This document shows positions 10,394 through 23,339 of a DNA stretch of 64,000 nt, in pieces; positions within the stretch are counted from its first letter, which is position 1; each line of letters opens with the position of its first letter. A program made the position numbers and the translations under genes. The stretch comes from a candidate division FCPU426 bacterium. Its GTDB lineage: Bacteria > Oederibacteriota > Muellerivitia > Muellerivitales > Muellerivitaceae. The stretch lies in contig CAVYSE010000025.1 of the NCBI GenBank assembly GCA_963771075.1, positions 74,904 through 138,903 on the forward strand. The letters run 5' to 3'. Under the pieces are notes generated by a model. That model was given only the letters and a program-made list of their open reading frames with translations, was not told the origin of the DNA and ran no database searches.

Positions 10394-11362
10394 TTACGGT
10401 TGACCGCCTTTGAAGAGCCCTTTAACTTGAATGGGTTTGAGAAAATAGCAGATGAGTCCAAGCAAGGAGAAAAGAACCGTACCAATCAAAAAGGTGAGAA
10501 AGGAATAGGCCAGGGCCTTATCGGGACTTAACCCGACCAGGCCGAACAGGATGATCAGCGAGCCTTCCCGGGTTCCCATCCCCAAGAAAGTGACCAGGGA
10601 GACGATGTTCACGACCGAGATGCAAAAGGCGATAAATGAGAACCCAATGATGGACAGTCCGATGGCATGGGCTAATTGCTCACAGCCCCAGAAATAAATA
10701 AGGTAAGAAGCGGTCGTAAGAAGGATTGGAATCAAAACGGCGGGTTTGTAATAGGCCGTCATACCCTCATGGAACTCATCAAAAGCCTTGTCGGTAATTT
10801 CCTTATGTTCTTGTTTCATCATGCGCTGGAAAACCGTTTTCAGGATGGTTCCGCCGATTTTTTGGTTGAAGGCCAGGACCGTGATGGCGAACAGTATGAC
10901 GAAAAACACCCAGACCATTTTGATCAAATTGGGGTCGACCGGCATGGGATAAAAAAGGATACCCGCCCCCCCCAGGATCAAAAGGATATAGAGATCAAAC
11001 ACCCGATCGACCAACACGCTCGGCATGGCCTTACCCACCGGCATTTTTAAATCTTCTTGGAGGTAAAAAATCTTGACGAAATCACCCACCCGGCCAGGGG
11101 TCACGTTTCCCCAAAAAAGACTGCCCATATAGATCAAAAAACAGTACCACACCGGATAGTTCTGACCCTGCATTTTGAGGAGGTAGCTCCATCGAATACC
11201 CTTCAAATAGACCATCGCGATGAAGGTCAGCAAGCATACGAAGCAGAGGGTCAGGTTCGCTTGCTTCAAAAGGAGCCAAGCGGAAGCGAGATTGTCTTTT
11301 TTAACAAAAAGAACGACCCCCAAAAGAACAAGACCGATAACAATGGGCAGGTATTTTTTCAT
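10394..11362 (-). CDS. Lysylphosphatidylglycerol-synthase-TM / flippase-like membrane protein (UPF0104)
   Basis: RWSYLL, NVTPGRVGD, DRVFDL, GMGTRE motifs; multiple TM helices. Confidence 0.85.
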   Translation of the reverse strand: MKKYLPIVIGLVLLGVVLFVKKDNLASAWLLLKQANLTLCFVCLLTFIAMVYLKGIRWSYLLKMQGQNYPVWYCFLIYMGSLFWGNVTPGRVGDFVKIFYLQEDLKMPVGKAMPSVLVDRVFDLYILLILGGAGILFYPMPVDPNLIKMVWVFFVILFAITVLAFNQKIGGTILKTVFQRMMKQEHKEITDKAFDEFHEGMTAYYKPAVLIPILLTTASYLIYFWGCEQLAHAIGLSIIGFSFIAFCISVVNIVSLVTFLGMGTREGSLIILFGLVGLSPDKALAYSFLTFLIGTVLFSLLGLICYFLKPIQVKGLFKGGQP

Positions 11363-11409
11363 TTAGAAGTGAAACCTTTAGAAGAAATGGATCAGCTCAA
11401 GGCGGGTTA

Positions 11410-12828
11410 TTATATCCGAAGCATCTTCAGCCCGACACGGGCTTTTCGCAAAAGGTCCAGGGGGGAGTGGGTGTAGGCCATGTTCTTCATGACCATCCGG
11501 GGACGAAGGTAGAAAGATTTATAGGCGTATTTTAAAAGATCGACCAGCTCTTCCCTCTTCATGTTTTCTTCCCAAAGCCGCGGCTTGAAATCGGGAGTCG
11601 GATTTTTGGCGAACTCGGCCCAGTAATCCGAATCATATCGCCCTTCCTCCAGTGCCTTGTAATAAATGGCCGTGGCGGGAAAGGGGGTCAAGATGGAAAA
11701 ATGCACGAAGTCAGGGTCCAGTTCCTTGGCGAACTGTATGGTGTGAAGGGCCATTTCCCGAGTCTCGCCTGGATTGCCGATCATGAAATAGGCCAAGGTC
11801 TTCATGCCATGGTCCCGGGTCGCCTTAAAAATTCGGCGGACTTGGTCCAAATCCAGGTCTTTTAAAAGGGTCGCCAGCACCTCCTCATTGCCCGATTCCA
11901 CCCCGTAGTGGATCCGATCACAACCCGCTGAAGCCAGTTCTTTCAGCATTTCCTCATCCATGCGGTCGGCCCGGGCACGGATATCGAAGGCGATCTCCAT
12001 TTTTCTTTTCTTGATTTCGGAACAGATGTCAAAAACCCTTTTTCGGTTTACGTTGAAGGTGTCATCGTATATGAAGAATTCCCGGATACCCATATTCACG
12101 CAAGCCTCCATCTCATTGACCACGCAATTCGCCGTATGGCTGCGGAACCTTCGACCCATGGTGGGCCGGTCACAGAAAAGGCACCGGTAAGGACAACCCC
12201 GGCTCGTAAACATGGTCGTGATGGGATTATGCTTGGCCAGGATGGAATAATATTTATGGATCGGCGTTAGTTCCCTGGCAGGATAGGGCAAATGATCCAA
12301 ATCCTCCACGGGAGGCGCGGGGGGATTATCCTTAATTTGATCCGTAAGGGGATCCCGATAGGCCAAACCAAATACTTGGGTCAGGGGCAACAGCCCCTCC
12401 AGGGCACCGAGGAGTTGGGTGAATGCAAGTTCCCCTTCTCCCTTGATGGCGAAATCCACTTCTTTCATGGCCAGGGTTTCCCGCGCATAAATGTGGACGT
12501 GGGGACCGCCCATGACCACCTTGCACTTGGGATTTGCCCGTTTGGCCGCCTGGGCCACCATGCGGGCGTCGATGACCGTAAAGGTCAGGGTTTGGATCCC
12601 CACCACATCCGGCATGATTTCCCGAATTCGGTTTTCCACCTCTTCCTGGGATACCTCCTCGACTTGGCAATCCAGAACCAGGATCTCATGAGCGGTGCGG
12701 GCCTTCGCGTAACCGGCCACGTAAAGCAGGCCGAGGGGTGGGTTAAAACCCCTCTCCTCATCCACCACGGAGGGAATGTTCGTGGTGATCATGTTTTCGC
12801 TCGGCGGGTTGACCAGCAAAACCTTCAT
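11410..12828 (-). CDS. Cobalamin-binding radical SAM protein
   Basis: PPLGLLYVA, MGGPH, TSRGCPYRCLFC (CxxxCxxC), GVESG. Confidence 0.92.
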   Translation of the reverse strand: MKVLLVNPPSENMITTNIPSVVDEERGFNPPLGLLYVAGYAKARTAHEILVLDCQVEEVSQEEVENRIREIMPDVVGIQTLTFTVIDARMVAQAAKRANPKCKVVMGGPHVHIYARETLAMKEVDFAIKGEGELAFTQLLGALEGLLPLTQVFGLAYRDPLTDQIKDNPPAPPVEDLDHLPYPARELTPIHKYYSILAKHNPITTMFTSRGCPYRCLFCDRPTMGRRFRSHTANCVVNEMEACVNMGIREFFIYDDTFNVNRKRVFDICSEIKKRKMEIAFDIRARADRMDEEMLKELASAGCDRIHYGVESGNEEVLATLLKDLDLDQVRRIFKATRDHGMKTLAYFMIGNPGETREMALHTIQFAKELDPDFVHFSILTPFPATAIYYKALEEGRYDSDYWAEFAKNPTPDFKPRLWEENMKREELVDLLKYAYKSFYLRPRMVMKNMAYTHSPLDLLRKARVGLKMLRI

Positions 12829-12829
12829 T

Positions 12830-13693
12830 CTATCTCCCCCTCTTCACCAGCAGGTCCGCCAACAGCCCCAGGGCCGCCACCTGGAGGCCCGCCACCAACC
12901 ACAGTATGGTGACGCCGCTCAAGGATTGTCCATGGACCGCGGAGAATAAACCGCTCCCAATACCCGCCAACAAAAGAATACCGCTTAAAGGAATGAAAAT
13001 CTTAAGCGGCTTGAAATACATAACGACCCTCAAAACTAACGAAAAAAAGTTGATGGTGTCCTTGATCGGGTGGATCTTCGAGGAACCGATGCGTTCCCGG
13101 TATTGGATGGGCAAGTAATGAACGATATAACCATGGCATTCCAAGGCCAAGGTCAGTGTGGTCGTAAAGGAGAATCCGTTGGGAAAAAGGCCCTCATAAC
13201 GCCCGGCGATTTTTTTGCGGAAAACTCTTAATCCCGAATTCAAATCCGGGATTTTTCGTTCGGCAAGGTAGTTCGCCCACCGGCCCAAAAGCCACTTCGG
13301 GAACCGGCGTAAAGGCGGAATGGCCGAGTTTGGCTTGACCCGGGCTCCCACCGCCATATCGGCGGTCTGGACCGATTCAAGGAGTGCCGGTAAATCTTCT
13401 GCCGGATAGGTTCCGTCGGCGTCCAGGATGGCGATGAGGTCGTACCGGGCCTGTCGAATTCCCGCCTTGAGAGAAGCCCCATAACCCCGGTTTTCTCCCA
13501 TTTGAATGATCTGGGCCCCGGCTTTTTTCGCTTGCGACGCGGTTTCATCCCTGCTCCCGTCATCCACTACCAGGATTTCATGGGTAACACGGGCGGCCTT
13601 CAAATGTCGGCGTACTTCCCTGACCACCCCCGCCACCCCCCTTTCTTCGTTGTAAGCGGGAATGACGACTGAAACCGGCTCGCAAGGGGTCAT
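12830..13693 (-). CDS. GT2 glycosyltransferase (polyprenol-phosphate glycosyltransferase-like)
   Basis: VIPAYNEE, VDDGSRD, DADGTY, two C-terminal TM helices. Confidence 0.92.
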   Translation of the reverse strand: MTPCEPVSVVIPAYNEERGVAGVVREVRRHLKAARVTHEILVVDDGSRDETASQAKKAGAQIIQMGENRGYGASLKAGIRQARYDLIAILDADGTYPAEDLPALLESVQTADMAVGARVKPNSAIPPLRRFPKWLLGRWANYLAERKIPDLNSGLRVFRKKIAGRYEGLFPNGFSFTTTLTLALECHGYIVHYLPIQYRERIGSSKIHPIKDTINFFSLVLRVVMYFKPLKIFIPLSGILLLAGIGSGLFSAVHGQSLSGVTILWLVAGLQVAALGLLADLLVKRGR

Positions 13694-14049
13694 TGGAGCT
13701 CCACCTTCATTTCCGTATAGTGTGGGTCGCCCTGGGCGGGGTAGAAGCTTACCCGTACCTTATAGGTCCCGGGCTTCACCCAAGGGGAAAAGGGAATGGT
13801 GCCATAAAAGAACCAGATGTTTTTGTCCACATCCTTGGCAAAAACCAGGGTGGGACTGCCGAACGTCTCCACCACACCCACCACCTTGACCGCGTCCATG
13901 GGAGCTTGTACCTTCGCCAAGGCAGGCTGTCCACGCTTAACCGGCATGGGTTTGATTTGGAGCGCCATCGTATCATCACGCACCCCGAGGGAGGCACAGC
14001 CAGAAAATAGTCCCGTCAAAAGAAGCAAGAAAAACAAAATGTATCGCAT
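13690..14049 (-). CDS. Putative lipoprotein
   Basis: MRYILFFLLLLTGLFSG-C lipobox. Confidence 0.7.
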   Translation of the reverse strand: MRYILFFLLLLTGLFSGCASLGVRDDTMALQIKPMPVKRGQPALAKVQAPMDAVKVVGVVETFGSPTLVFAKDVDKNIWFFYGTIPFSPWVKPGTYKVRVSFYPAQGDPHYTEMKVELQ

Positions 14050-14212
14050 GGGAACCATCCTAGGATATTTTGCGCAAAAAAGAACCGGCCCGAAGGGCAA
14101 AAAGAGGGGCTTATTAAATATTCAATTGTTCGAGGAATAGGAAACCCCAACGAAACAGGACAAGGGCAGGTGTGCCTGTTAGAAGAGCAAAAGGGCCCGG
14201 TAGAAAAAGCCT

Positions 14213-14797
14213 TTATTTCCCAGCCGGAGCGGGATTAGCCGCTTCCGTTTGCACGGCCGCCGCGCGCATGTTTTCCCGCTGCGCTTTCAATTGCTTGGCC
14301 TTTTCCATAAATTGGACCTTGGCCTGCCTTTGCTTGTTTTCTTCCCGCACTTCCATATAGACGAAAGCGTTGGCTTTTAAAAGCATGGTTTCCGCAACAT
14401 ACGCCCCCACGCCGAAATTGACAAAAGCGGGCAGGAGAGCGGAAAGGGTCACCAAAGCAAGAAGCCAAAGGCTGGACATGGTTTGGGGAAGGCCTAAAAG
14501 GGGTTTTTGCATCATGGCCAAATAAACGACCCCCACCATCATTGCCACGATCACGATCAGGAAAAAGCCCAGCAGACGGTAGGTGGACCGGACTTTCTCA
14601 TAAGTCATTTGCAGGTCCTCGGCATATTGCTTGATTGATTGTCCCCGTCCCTCTAGCTTTTCCTTCCATTGGTCGTCCCAAAGAAGGATCTTTCGCCGGA
14701 GGATCACCCCGAAGACCAGGACCGTAAAGGTCACCGTCCATGTCAGCAAAGATAATAAAAAAAACCCGATCGCTGATTCCACAGTGGGGTTTGTCAT
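14213..14797 (-). CDS. Hypothetical membrane protein
   Basis: Three hydrophobic segments and a charged C-terminus; GGAGG RBS. Confidence 0.7.
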   Translation of the reverse strand: MTNPTVESAIGFFLLSLLTWTVTFTVLVFGVILRRKILLWDDQWKEKLEGRGQSIKQYAEDLQMTYEKVRSTYRLLGFFLIVIVAMMVGVVYLAMMQKPLLGLPQTMSSLWLLALVTLSALLPAFVNFGVGAYVAETMLLKANAFVYMEVREENKQRQAKVQFMEKAKQLKAQRENMRAAAVQTEAANPAPAGK

Positions 14798-14825
14798 GCG
14801 TCCTCCATCCTTAATATTGGTTCGG

Positions 14826-15509
14826 TTACGAATGCATCAATTGAACGGTCGCGTCCAATAGTTCCAACAGCCTTTGTTTCACTTCGTTCCATTGGGGGCC
14901 CCCGTCCCCGTTCTGCTTGGCCTGCTGCCAGGCCATGACGAGCTGGGTAAGGATCTTATCCCCTTCGGCGATGAGGGCCATACGCACCGCCATCCGCCGG
15001 TTTTCTTCTTCTTGGGCGTAATCATCCTTGAGCCGGGCGAGCATCTGGGCCTGGGCTTCCGGGCCGGGCCCCTCAGCCTGAAGGGAGGCTCGGATCTCGG
15101 CTTCCACCTTTTGCCGGATGGATGTTTCCAAGACCTTGAACAGCTCGTTTTGATCCATCGCCGGTCCTACCGGAACGGCTCCCGAAGGAGGAGGATTAGG
15201 CGCAACCGAAGCGGGCGGTTCTTTGGGTAAATATTCCGCCCAATCGGTTTCACTGGCCAACTCGGTCTTGATGCCGCGGTTTTGGCCGAATACCAATGGC
15301 ATCCATTCGTCTATTTTTTCGTGGTAGACCTTCAGGCCCACCTCTATTTCCTTCAATTCCTCCGGCGTATGGGCCAAAAGCACCAGATTATACTTGGTCA
15401 TATCTTTCGGAAGCGCGGACTTCAAGTGTTCGAAGAGGCGCGGCTCCCGGACTTGGACGACCTTGAGGAAGGCTTGCCATTCGTTTTGGAGTTCGGCACT
15501 GCCGGGCAT
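14826..15509 (-). CDS. Hypothetical protein
   Basis: 227-aa ORF with RBS, Pro-rich linker and helical C-terminus. Confidence 0.65.
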   Translation of the reverse strand: MPGSAELQNEWQAFLKVVQVREPRLFEHLKSALPKDMTKYNLVLLAHTPEELKEIEVGLKVYHEKIDEWMPLVFGQNRGIKTELASETDWAEYLPKEPPASVAPNPPPSGAVPVGPAMDQNELFKVLETSIRQKVEAEIRASLQAEGPGPEAQAQMLARLKDDYAQEEENRRMAVRMALIAEGDKILTQLVMAWQQAKQNGDGGPQWNEVKQRLLELLDATVQLMHS

Positions 15510-17074
15510 AGGGGCTCCCTCGGGGTCTCACTGATTTGTCGCAGCACTTTGGGGAACATGGGCAACAAATCCCCCGCCAACAGCCCGTCCAGACCCATCC
15601 GCCGGGCCAGTCGTTCCCCGGCCAACCCGTGTAGGTAGACCCCGGCCGTCGCGGCGTCGAAGGGACTCAAACGCTGGGCCAACAGCCCACCGATGACTCC
15701 CGACAGGACATCCCCCGTGCCGGCCGTGGCCAAGGCCCGATTGCCGGTCGGATTGATACGGATTTCACCCTTGGGGCTGGCGATGACCGTATGGCGCCCC
15801 TTAAGGACAAGCACCACATTATAGCCTTCGGCAATTTGCTTCGCAACTTTGAGCCGGTTTTGCTCCACTTCCGATATGCTGATTTTAAGAAGCCAGGCGG
15901 CTTCACCGGGATGAGGCGTTAAAACCACGGGAGCCCTGGCCGCCTTGAATATATCCAATTGTCCCCCCAACAGGTTGAGGGCGTCCGCGTCCACGACCAT
16001 AGGGAGCGGAAGTTTGGTCAAGAGTTCCCTGACCAATTGAGCGGTTTCCCGGTGACGGCCTATTCCCGGCCCGATGACCACCGAATTGACGTTGGTGCAA
16101 AGGTGTAAAATTCGGCCGGCCGCCCGCAGGGAAAGGAACCCTCCCTCCACCTCGGGTACCGGCGCTGTCATGGGTTCGGTGAGTTTGACCTCCAAAATGG
16201 CGTTAAGGCTTTCAGGGCAAGCAACCGTGACCAGACCCGCCCCGATGCGCTGGGCTCCCAGGGCGCTCAAGGATGCCGCCCCCGTCAACCCCGTGGCTCC
16301 CGCCACCACCACCACCCTCCCCCGACTTCCCTTGTGGGTATAATCGTCATAATGAGGCAAAATCTTACGAACCGTTTCCCGTTCGGTTAATTCATGTTTA
16401 AGGAAAGAAGCGTTCAAGAGCTCCGATGGGAACCCGATCTCGGCCACTCTCCATTTCCCCAAAAAGGTCGGAGCGGTAGGCGAATAAAACCCAACCTTCG
16501 GCAAACCGAAGGTAACAGTCCTTTGGGCGCTCAATGTCTCTCCCAAAGGGGTTCCCGAATCGGCTGAGAGGCCGGAGGGGATATCCACCGCCACCACCGG
16601 TTTTCCCAGACCCTTGACCAACCGGATCAAATCCTTGGCTAAGCCTTCCACCGGCCGGCTCAACCCGGTTCCCAGCAGGGCGTCCACTAGGAGATCGCAT
16701 TCTTCGAGGGCCACCTGGATCGAGGGAAGTTTTTCAGATTCTTCCAAATATAGGATCGGCACTTTGGCGGCTTTGGCTTTTTGAAGTTGGCCGGCCGTCT
16801 CCTCCGCGAGTGACTCCGCGTCTCCCAGGACCACCGCGACAACGCTGGCTTTGGCGTTTTTCAAGAGGCGGGCCGCCACCAATCCGTCCCCACCGTTATG
16901 CCCCTTGCCGCACAGAACCCCGACCGTGCGCTTGGAAAGCGGGGAATAATGCGTCTCTAATTCCCTGAACACTTCTGTTCCAGCGGATTCCATTAATCGA
17001 GCGATCGACAGGCCATGGTCCTGGACGGCGGCCGCATCGATTTTATTCATGTCTTGGCTGGTGGCTAGTTTCAT
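15422..17074 (-). CDS. nnr: Bifunctional NAD(P)HX epimerase/dehydratase
   Basis: CGKGHNGGDG, DALLGTG, DIPSG, HKGSRG, DADALN, TPHPGEA, AGTGDVLSG; the C-terminal tail overlaps the next gene by 88 nt and may be an indel artefact. Confidence 0.93.
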   Translation of the reverse strand: MKLATSQDMNKIDAAAVQDHGLSIARLMESAGTEVFRELETHYSPLSKRTVGVLCGKGHNGGDGLVAARLLKNAKASVVAVVLGDAESLAEETAGQLQKAKAAKVPILYLEESEKLPSIQVALEECDLLVDALLGTGLSRPVEGLAKDLIRLVKGLGKPVVAVDIPSGLSADSGTPLGETLSAQRTVTFGLPKVGFYSPTAPTFLGKWRVAEIGFPSELLNASFLKHELTERETVRKILPHYDDYTHKGSRGRVVVVAGATGLTGAASLSALGAQRIGAGLVTVACPESLNAILEVKLTEPMTAPVPEVEGGFLSLRAAGRILHLCTNVNSVVIGPGIGRHRETAQLVRELLTKLPLPMVVDADALNLLGGQLDIFKAARAPVVLTPHPGEAAWLLKISISEVEQNRLKVAKQIAEGYNVVLVLKGRHTVIASPKGEIRINPTGNRALATAGTGDVLSGVIGGLLAQRLSPFDAATAGVYLHGLAGERLARRMGLDGLLAGDLLPMFPKVLRQISETPREPLCPAVPNSKTNGKPSSRSSKSGSRASSNT

Positions 17075-18588
17075 GGCGCCTCCTGGGGTTGATTTTCCAT
17101 GTGGTAAGCAAAGGTAGTGAAAAACTGGGGCTCGAAGCGGAAGGCGGTGGCCTCACACCGGTTTTGAAGACCGGCATCCTCCATCACGTCCGTGAGGAGG
17201 GGCACTACCATGCTGCTTTCCTGGTGGATCACTCGACCGCCCAGGCCCTCGCGCATATGCTGGTCCACGAAGCCCAGTCTGGGCGTGTAAAAACTGTGGA
17301 GCAGCACATAGGACCCGGGTTCCGGGTTAAAGGGCAGAGTCACCAGGCGAATTTTCTTTCCCGACCAGAATTGGGTCTTGGGGATTTCGTCCGAGTAGAT
17401 GACCGCCTCCGCCGGGAGGGTTTTTAGGAATTCCGCGGATCGCTTGACGTCCCCAAAGGAGTCGTTTTGTGAGATTTGCACCCCGGTGGAGTAGATGACG
17501 CCCCAGGCGAGCATGACCGTCAAGGCCCCGTTCTTGATAAACATGCTGCGGACCGGTTTGGTCGGGTTTTCCCATCTTCCAAAGAAGAGCTCCATTTCAT
17601 ACCCCGCCGATACCAATACCAGCGGCAGGAATGGCAGCAGGTATCGGTCCTGGTAGGACACCGGGAAAAGCCTGGATAAAAAAAGCAGGAAATAAATTTG
17701 AAGCAGGATTCGCCGGAAGGCCTGTCCTTCCGGGCCCTCCCGCCGGGCCATCTTGCCCAAACCCAGGAAGGACGCCCCGAGGATGAGAGGGGTGAACACA
17801 TAAACGGGCTGTGTCAGGTAGGTGTAGAGGTGCTTGAAAAAATTCACCATGAGGAAAAAACGGTGGGGCAGAATCGGGTTGATCCCTGCCCCTTCTCGGT
17901 AGGCGTCCAGGATGAGCCCGAATTTGGGAATGAGGAAAGTCAGGGGCCCCGCCCAGGCCAGGGCCAAAAGTGCGCGTCTTTTCCAGCGTCCTTCGCTCCC
18001 CAGTTTTTCCGAAACGCTCCAAAGCCAGGGAATCAGTAAATACCCTTCCGGGCGGGTACAGGCTGAGGCCGCTCCCGCCAAGCAAGCCAGGAGCCAGGCT
18101 TGGGAGGAATTTTTTTCATGGGCCGAGGCGAGGCTTTCCAGGGCCGTCCAGAAAAAAAGGAGAAAAAGGGTATCGGGCATGACTTTCAAGGACCACTGCC
18201 AGAGCAGTGGGGCGAACAAGGCCATGGTGCAGACGATTCCCGTCATTTCGGAAGACATCCACCGGCGGGCGAAACGCCATAGGGGGATCAGAAATAAAGC
18301 GCTGGCCAGGGCCGCGAGGGCCCGTCCTCCCCAGACGCCATCCAAACCCGCCAGTTGGAAAAGGTGAAGCAGGAAAGGATAGCCTGGAAAAATCACGAAG
18401 CGGTCGTTGGGGACGAAATTCGGGGCGAAATAGGTAAGGCAATAGATCCCGTCCGTGGTTTCCGCCCTGGCGACCCTCAACATGGGAAGCCGGGTGATCA
18501 GGGACATAAAGCCCAAAAACACGAACCATTGGGCGTCCGTTATCGTGCGGGGTTTCCAATTATTTCTTGAAGGCATGGCAATCCTCAT
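17071..18588 (-). CDS. GT-C (ArnT/PMT-like) membrane glycosyltransferase
   Basis: TDGIY after TM1, PGYP, TRPEG, DRYLLP; about 11 TM helices. Confidence 0.75.
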   Translation of the reverse strand: MRIAMPSRNNWKPRTITDAQWFVFLGFMSLITRLPMLRVARAETTDGIYCLTYFAPNFVPNDRFVIFPGYPFLLHLFQLAGLDGVWGGRALAALASALFLIPLWRFARRWMSSEMTGIVCTMALFAPLLWQWSLKVMPDTLFLLFFWTALESLASAHEKNSSQAWLLACLAGAASACTRPEGYLLIPWLWSVSEKLGSEGRWKRRALLALAWAGPLTFLIPKFGLILDAYREGAGINPILPHRFFLMVNFFKHLYTYLTQPVYVFTPLILGASFLGLGKMARREGPEGQAFRRILLQIYFLLFLSRLFPVSYQDRYLLPFLPLVLVSAGYEMELFFGRWENPTKPVRSMFIKNGALTVMLAWGVIYSTGVQISQNDSFGDVKRSAEFLKTLPAEAVIYSDEIPKTQFWSGKKIRLVTLPFNPEPGSYVLLHSFYTPRLGFVDQHMREGLGGRVIHQESSMVVPLLTDVMEDAGLQNRCEATAFRFEPQFFTTFAYHMENQPQEAP

Positions 18589-18968
18589 GGATTGGTTTCG
18601 AGAATCACGGTGGCGGTGGCGTCCCTTTTGCTATGGGCAATAGTCAAGGACAGGGCGGTTATGCGGCGGTCCAGCCGGAGTTTTTCGAAAATGCCGTGCA
18701 AATGAAGGGAGGGTCTCCCGGACGGGTCGCGCACGACCTCAATCTGACTCCACTTCCATCGGCCCCCGAACCCATGACTAAAGGCCTTGATGACGGCTTC
18801 CTTGGCGGCAAAACGCCCAGCCAGCGAGGGATAAGGTTCGGATTTCTTCAAACAGTAAGCGGCTTCCTGGGGAGTAAATAGGCGGTCGATAAAACGCTTT
18901 CCGAATTTCTTGTGGGCACTTTTGACCCGTTCAATCTCGATTAAATCCACACCCAAACCCACAATCAT
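18585..18968 (-). CDS. acpS: Holo-ACP synthase
   Basis: GLGVDLIEI, AGRFAAKEA..KA, SGRP, IAHS. Confidence 0.96.
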   Translation of the reverse strand: MIVGLGVDLIEIERVKSAHKKFGKRFIDRLFTPQEAAYCLKKSEPYPSLAGRFAAKEAVIKAFSHGFGGRWKWSQIEVVRDPSGRPSLHLHGIFEKLRLDRRITALSLTIAHSKRDATATVILETNP

Positions 18969-19050
18969 TCGTATACCTTTTAAAACAATGAAGTGGGCGT
19001 ATTGTATCGGCGGGACGTACGGCCTGACAAGGGAGGAAGCTTCAAAGGTG

Positions 19051-19470
19051 TCAGGAACCGGCTTGTTTGGCCTCTTCGATGACTTTCAGGCGCCCCAGGG
19101 CCCTCTCCAGGCTGGACAAGGCTTCGGGATTGTTCTTCATTTCCTTCTTCGAGGACAACAAGGCCTGGGCTTTTTCCTTGGATTTCCGGGCCCGCTCGAC
19201 ATCGATTTCATCCGACTTTTCGTAAGCCTCGGCCAACACGGTCACCGATTTGGGGTTCACTTCCACGAACCCCTTTGAGACGAAATAAAACTCTTTCTTC
19301 CCTCCCGCGGTGACCTTGAGGGTGCCCGGCTTGATCGTGGCCATGATTGGCATGTGTTTCGCCATCACGCCGAATTGCCCCGCCGTTCCCGGCAGGGTGA
19401 CTAGCGTGACATCGGCGGCAAACCCGGGCTTGTCCGGGGAGACCACCTGCAGTTTCAGGGTGTTGGACAT
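19051..19470 (-). CDS. atpC: ATP synthase F1 epsilon
   Basis: LQVVSPD, GQFGVM..H.P, GFVEV, ID.ERA. Confidence 0.96.
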   Translation of the reverse strand: MSNTLKLQVVSPDKPGFAADVTLVTLPGTAGQFGVMAKHMPIMATIKPGTLKVTAGGKKEFYFVSKGFVEVNPKSVTVLAEAYEKSDEIDVERARKSKEKAQALLSSKKEMKNNPEALSSLERALGRLKVIEEAKQAGS

Positions 19471-19485
19471 AAAAGTTCCCTTTCC

Positions 19486-21790
<2,305 letters not shown>

Positions 21791-21811
21791 GGCGGTTCCT
21801 GGGGCCTTTCC

Positions 21812-23320
21812 TTAGGCCACGAACGACTTCATGAATTCCTCGATGGCCGCGACCAGCTTCGCCTTGGTGTCGTCCGTCAGGTCGTTCTTTTCGCGGATAT
21901 CCTTCAATATCTCCGAGCGTTTTTCCTTGAGGAAATTCAGGAGGCCCGCCTCGAAGGGTTTCACCTTCTCGATAGGCAGATTGTCCATGTAACCACTGAT
22001 CCCGGCAAAGATGGAAGCCACCTGCTCCTCCATGATCATGGGGGAATACTGGGGTTGTTTCATCAGTTCCACCATGTGGGACCCGCGGTTGAGCTGGGCC
22101 ATGGAGGTCTTGTCCAGTTCGGCGCCGAACTGGGCGAAGGCCGCCAGCTCGTTGTACTGGGCCATGTCGAGCTTGAGCTTGCCCGCCACCTTCTTGGTGG
22201 CTTTGGTTTGGGCGTTACCGCCCACGCGCGAAACCGAGATTCCCACGTTGATGGCGGGCCGGATGCCGGAGTTGAACAGGTTCGATTCGAGGAAGATCTG
22301 CCCGTCGGTGATGGAAATCACGTTGGTGGGGATATAGGCCGTCACGTCCCCCGCCTGTGTCTCGATGATGGGGAGGGCCGTCAAGGACCCCCCACCCAGC
22401 TTATCATTGAGTTTGCAGGCGCGTTCCAGCAGGCGTGAGTGAAGGTAGAACACGTCGCCCGGGTAGGCTTCGCGTCCCGGGGGGCGGCGCAAAAGAAGGG
22501 ACAATTCACGGTAGGAAACGGCTTGCTTGGACAGGTCATCATAAATGATCAGGGCATGTCCGCCGTTGTAGGTAAATTCTTCGGCCATGGCGCATCCGGC
22601 GTAGGGCGCGATGTACTGCAGGGGCGCCGGGTCGGAGGCCGTGGAGGAAACAATGATGCAGTAGTTCAGGGCATCGCGCTCTTCCAGCGTACGCACGACC
22701 TGGGCCACGGTGGACTGCTTCTGGCCAATGGCCACGTACACGCAGACGACACCCTTGCCCTTCTGATTGAGGATTGTGTCCAGGGCGATGGCGGTCTTGC
22801 CAGTCTGGCGGTCGCCGATGATCAATTCGCGCTGGCCCCGGCCGATGGGGATCATGCAGTCAATAGCCTTGATTCCGGTGTGCAAGGGCTCCTTCACGGG
22901 CTGGCGTTGGACCACGCCGGGAGCCCTAATTTCGAGCCTTCGGCTGGCGGAAGCGTTCAAGGGACCCTTTCCGTCCAGGGGGACGCCCAGGGGGTTGACC
23001 ACGCGGCCCAAGAGTTCCTTGCCCGTGGGCACCTCGGCGATGCGTCCGGTCAGCTTCACCGGGTCTCCCTCGTGCACCAGGCGGGTTTCACCCATCAGGA
23101 CGGCGCCCACCGAGTCGGTTTCCAGGTTGAAGGTGATGCCATCACGTCATTGGGGAACTTCGAGAAGCTCGCCGGCCATGGCGTTTTTCAATCCGTAGAT
23201 CACGGCCACGCCGTCGCCAACTTTCAGCACTTCCCCCACCTGGGAAAGCTCGGCCTCGGGCTTGAACTCATTGATCTTGGATTTCAGGATCTTGGTTACT
23301 TCATCCGCTTGGAGAGCCAC
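21812..23320 (-). CDS. atpA: ATP synthase F1 alpha (in-frame TGA at 23147-23149 from apparent compensating indels)
   Basis: GTG start at 23320 with GGAGG RBS, VGDGVA N-terminus in frame with GDRQTGKT and [10 protein letters not shown]. Confidence 0.97.
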
Positions 23321-23339
23321 GGTATTACCTCCACATTTC

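Noticed and set aside
8666..10394. parS sites near parAB
   Set aside because: No convincing TGTTNCACGTGAAACA match seen by eye; partial matches near 27587 and 49340 are too degenerate.
23147..23149. TGA recoding (genetic code 4/25 or selenocysteine) in atpA
   Set aside because: TGA is a normal stop elsewhere (polA, atpC), and compensating indels restore the conserved residues.
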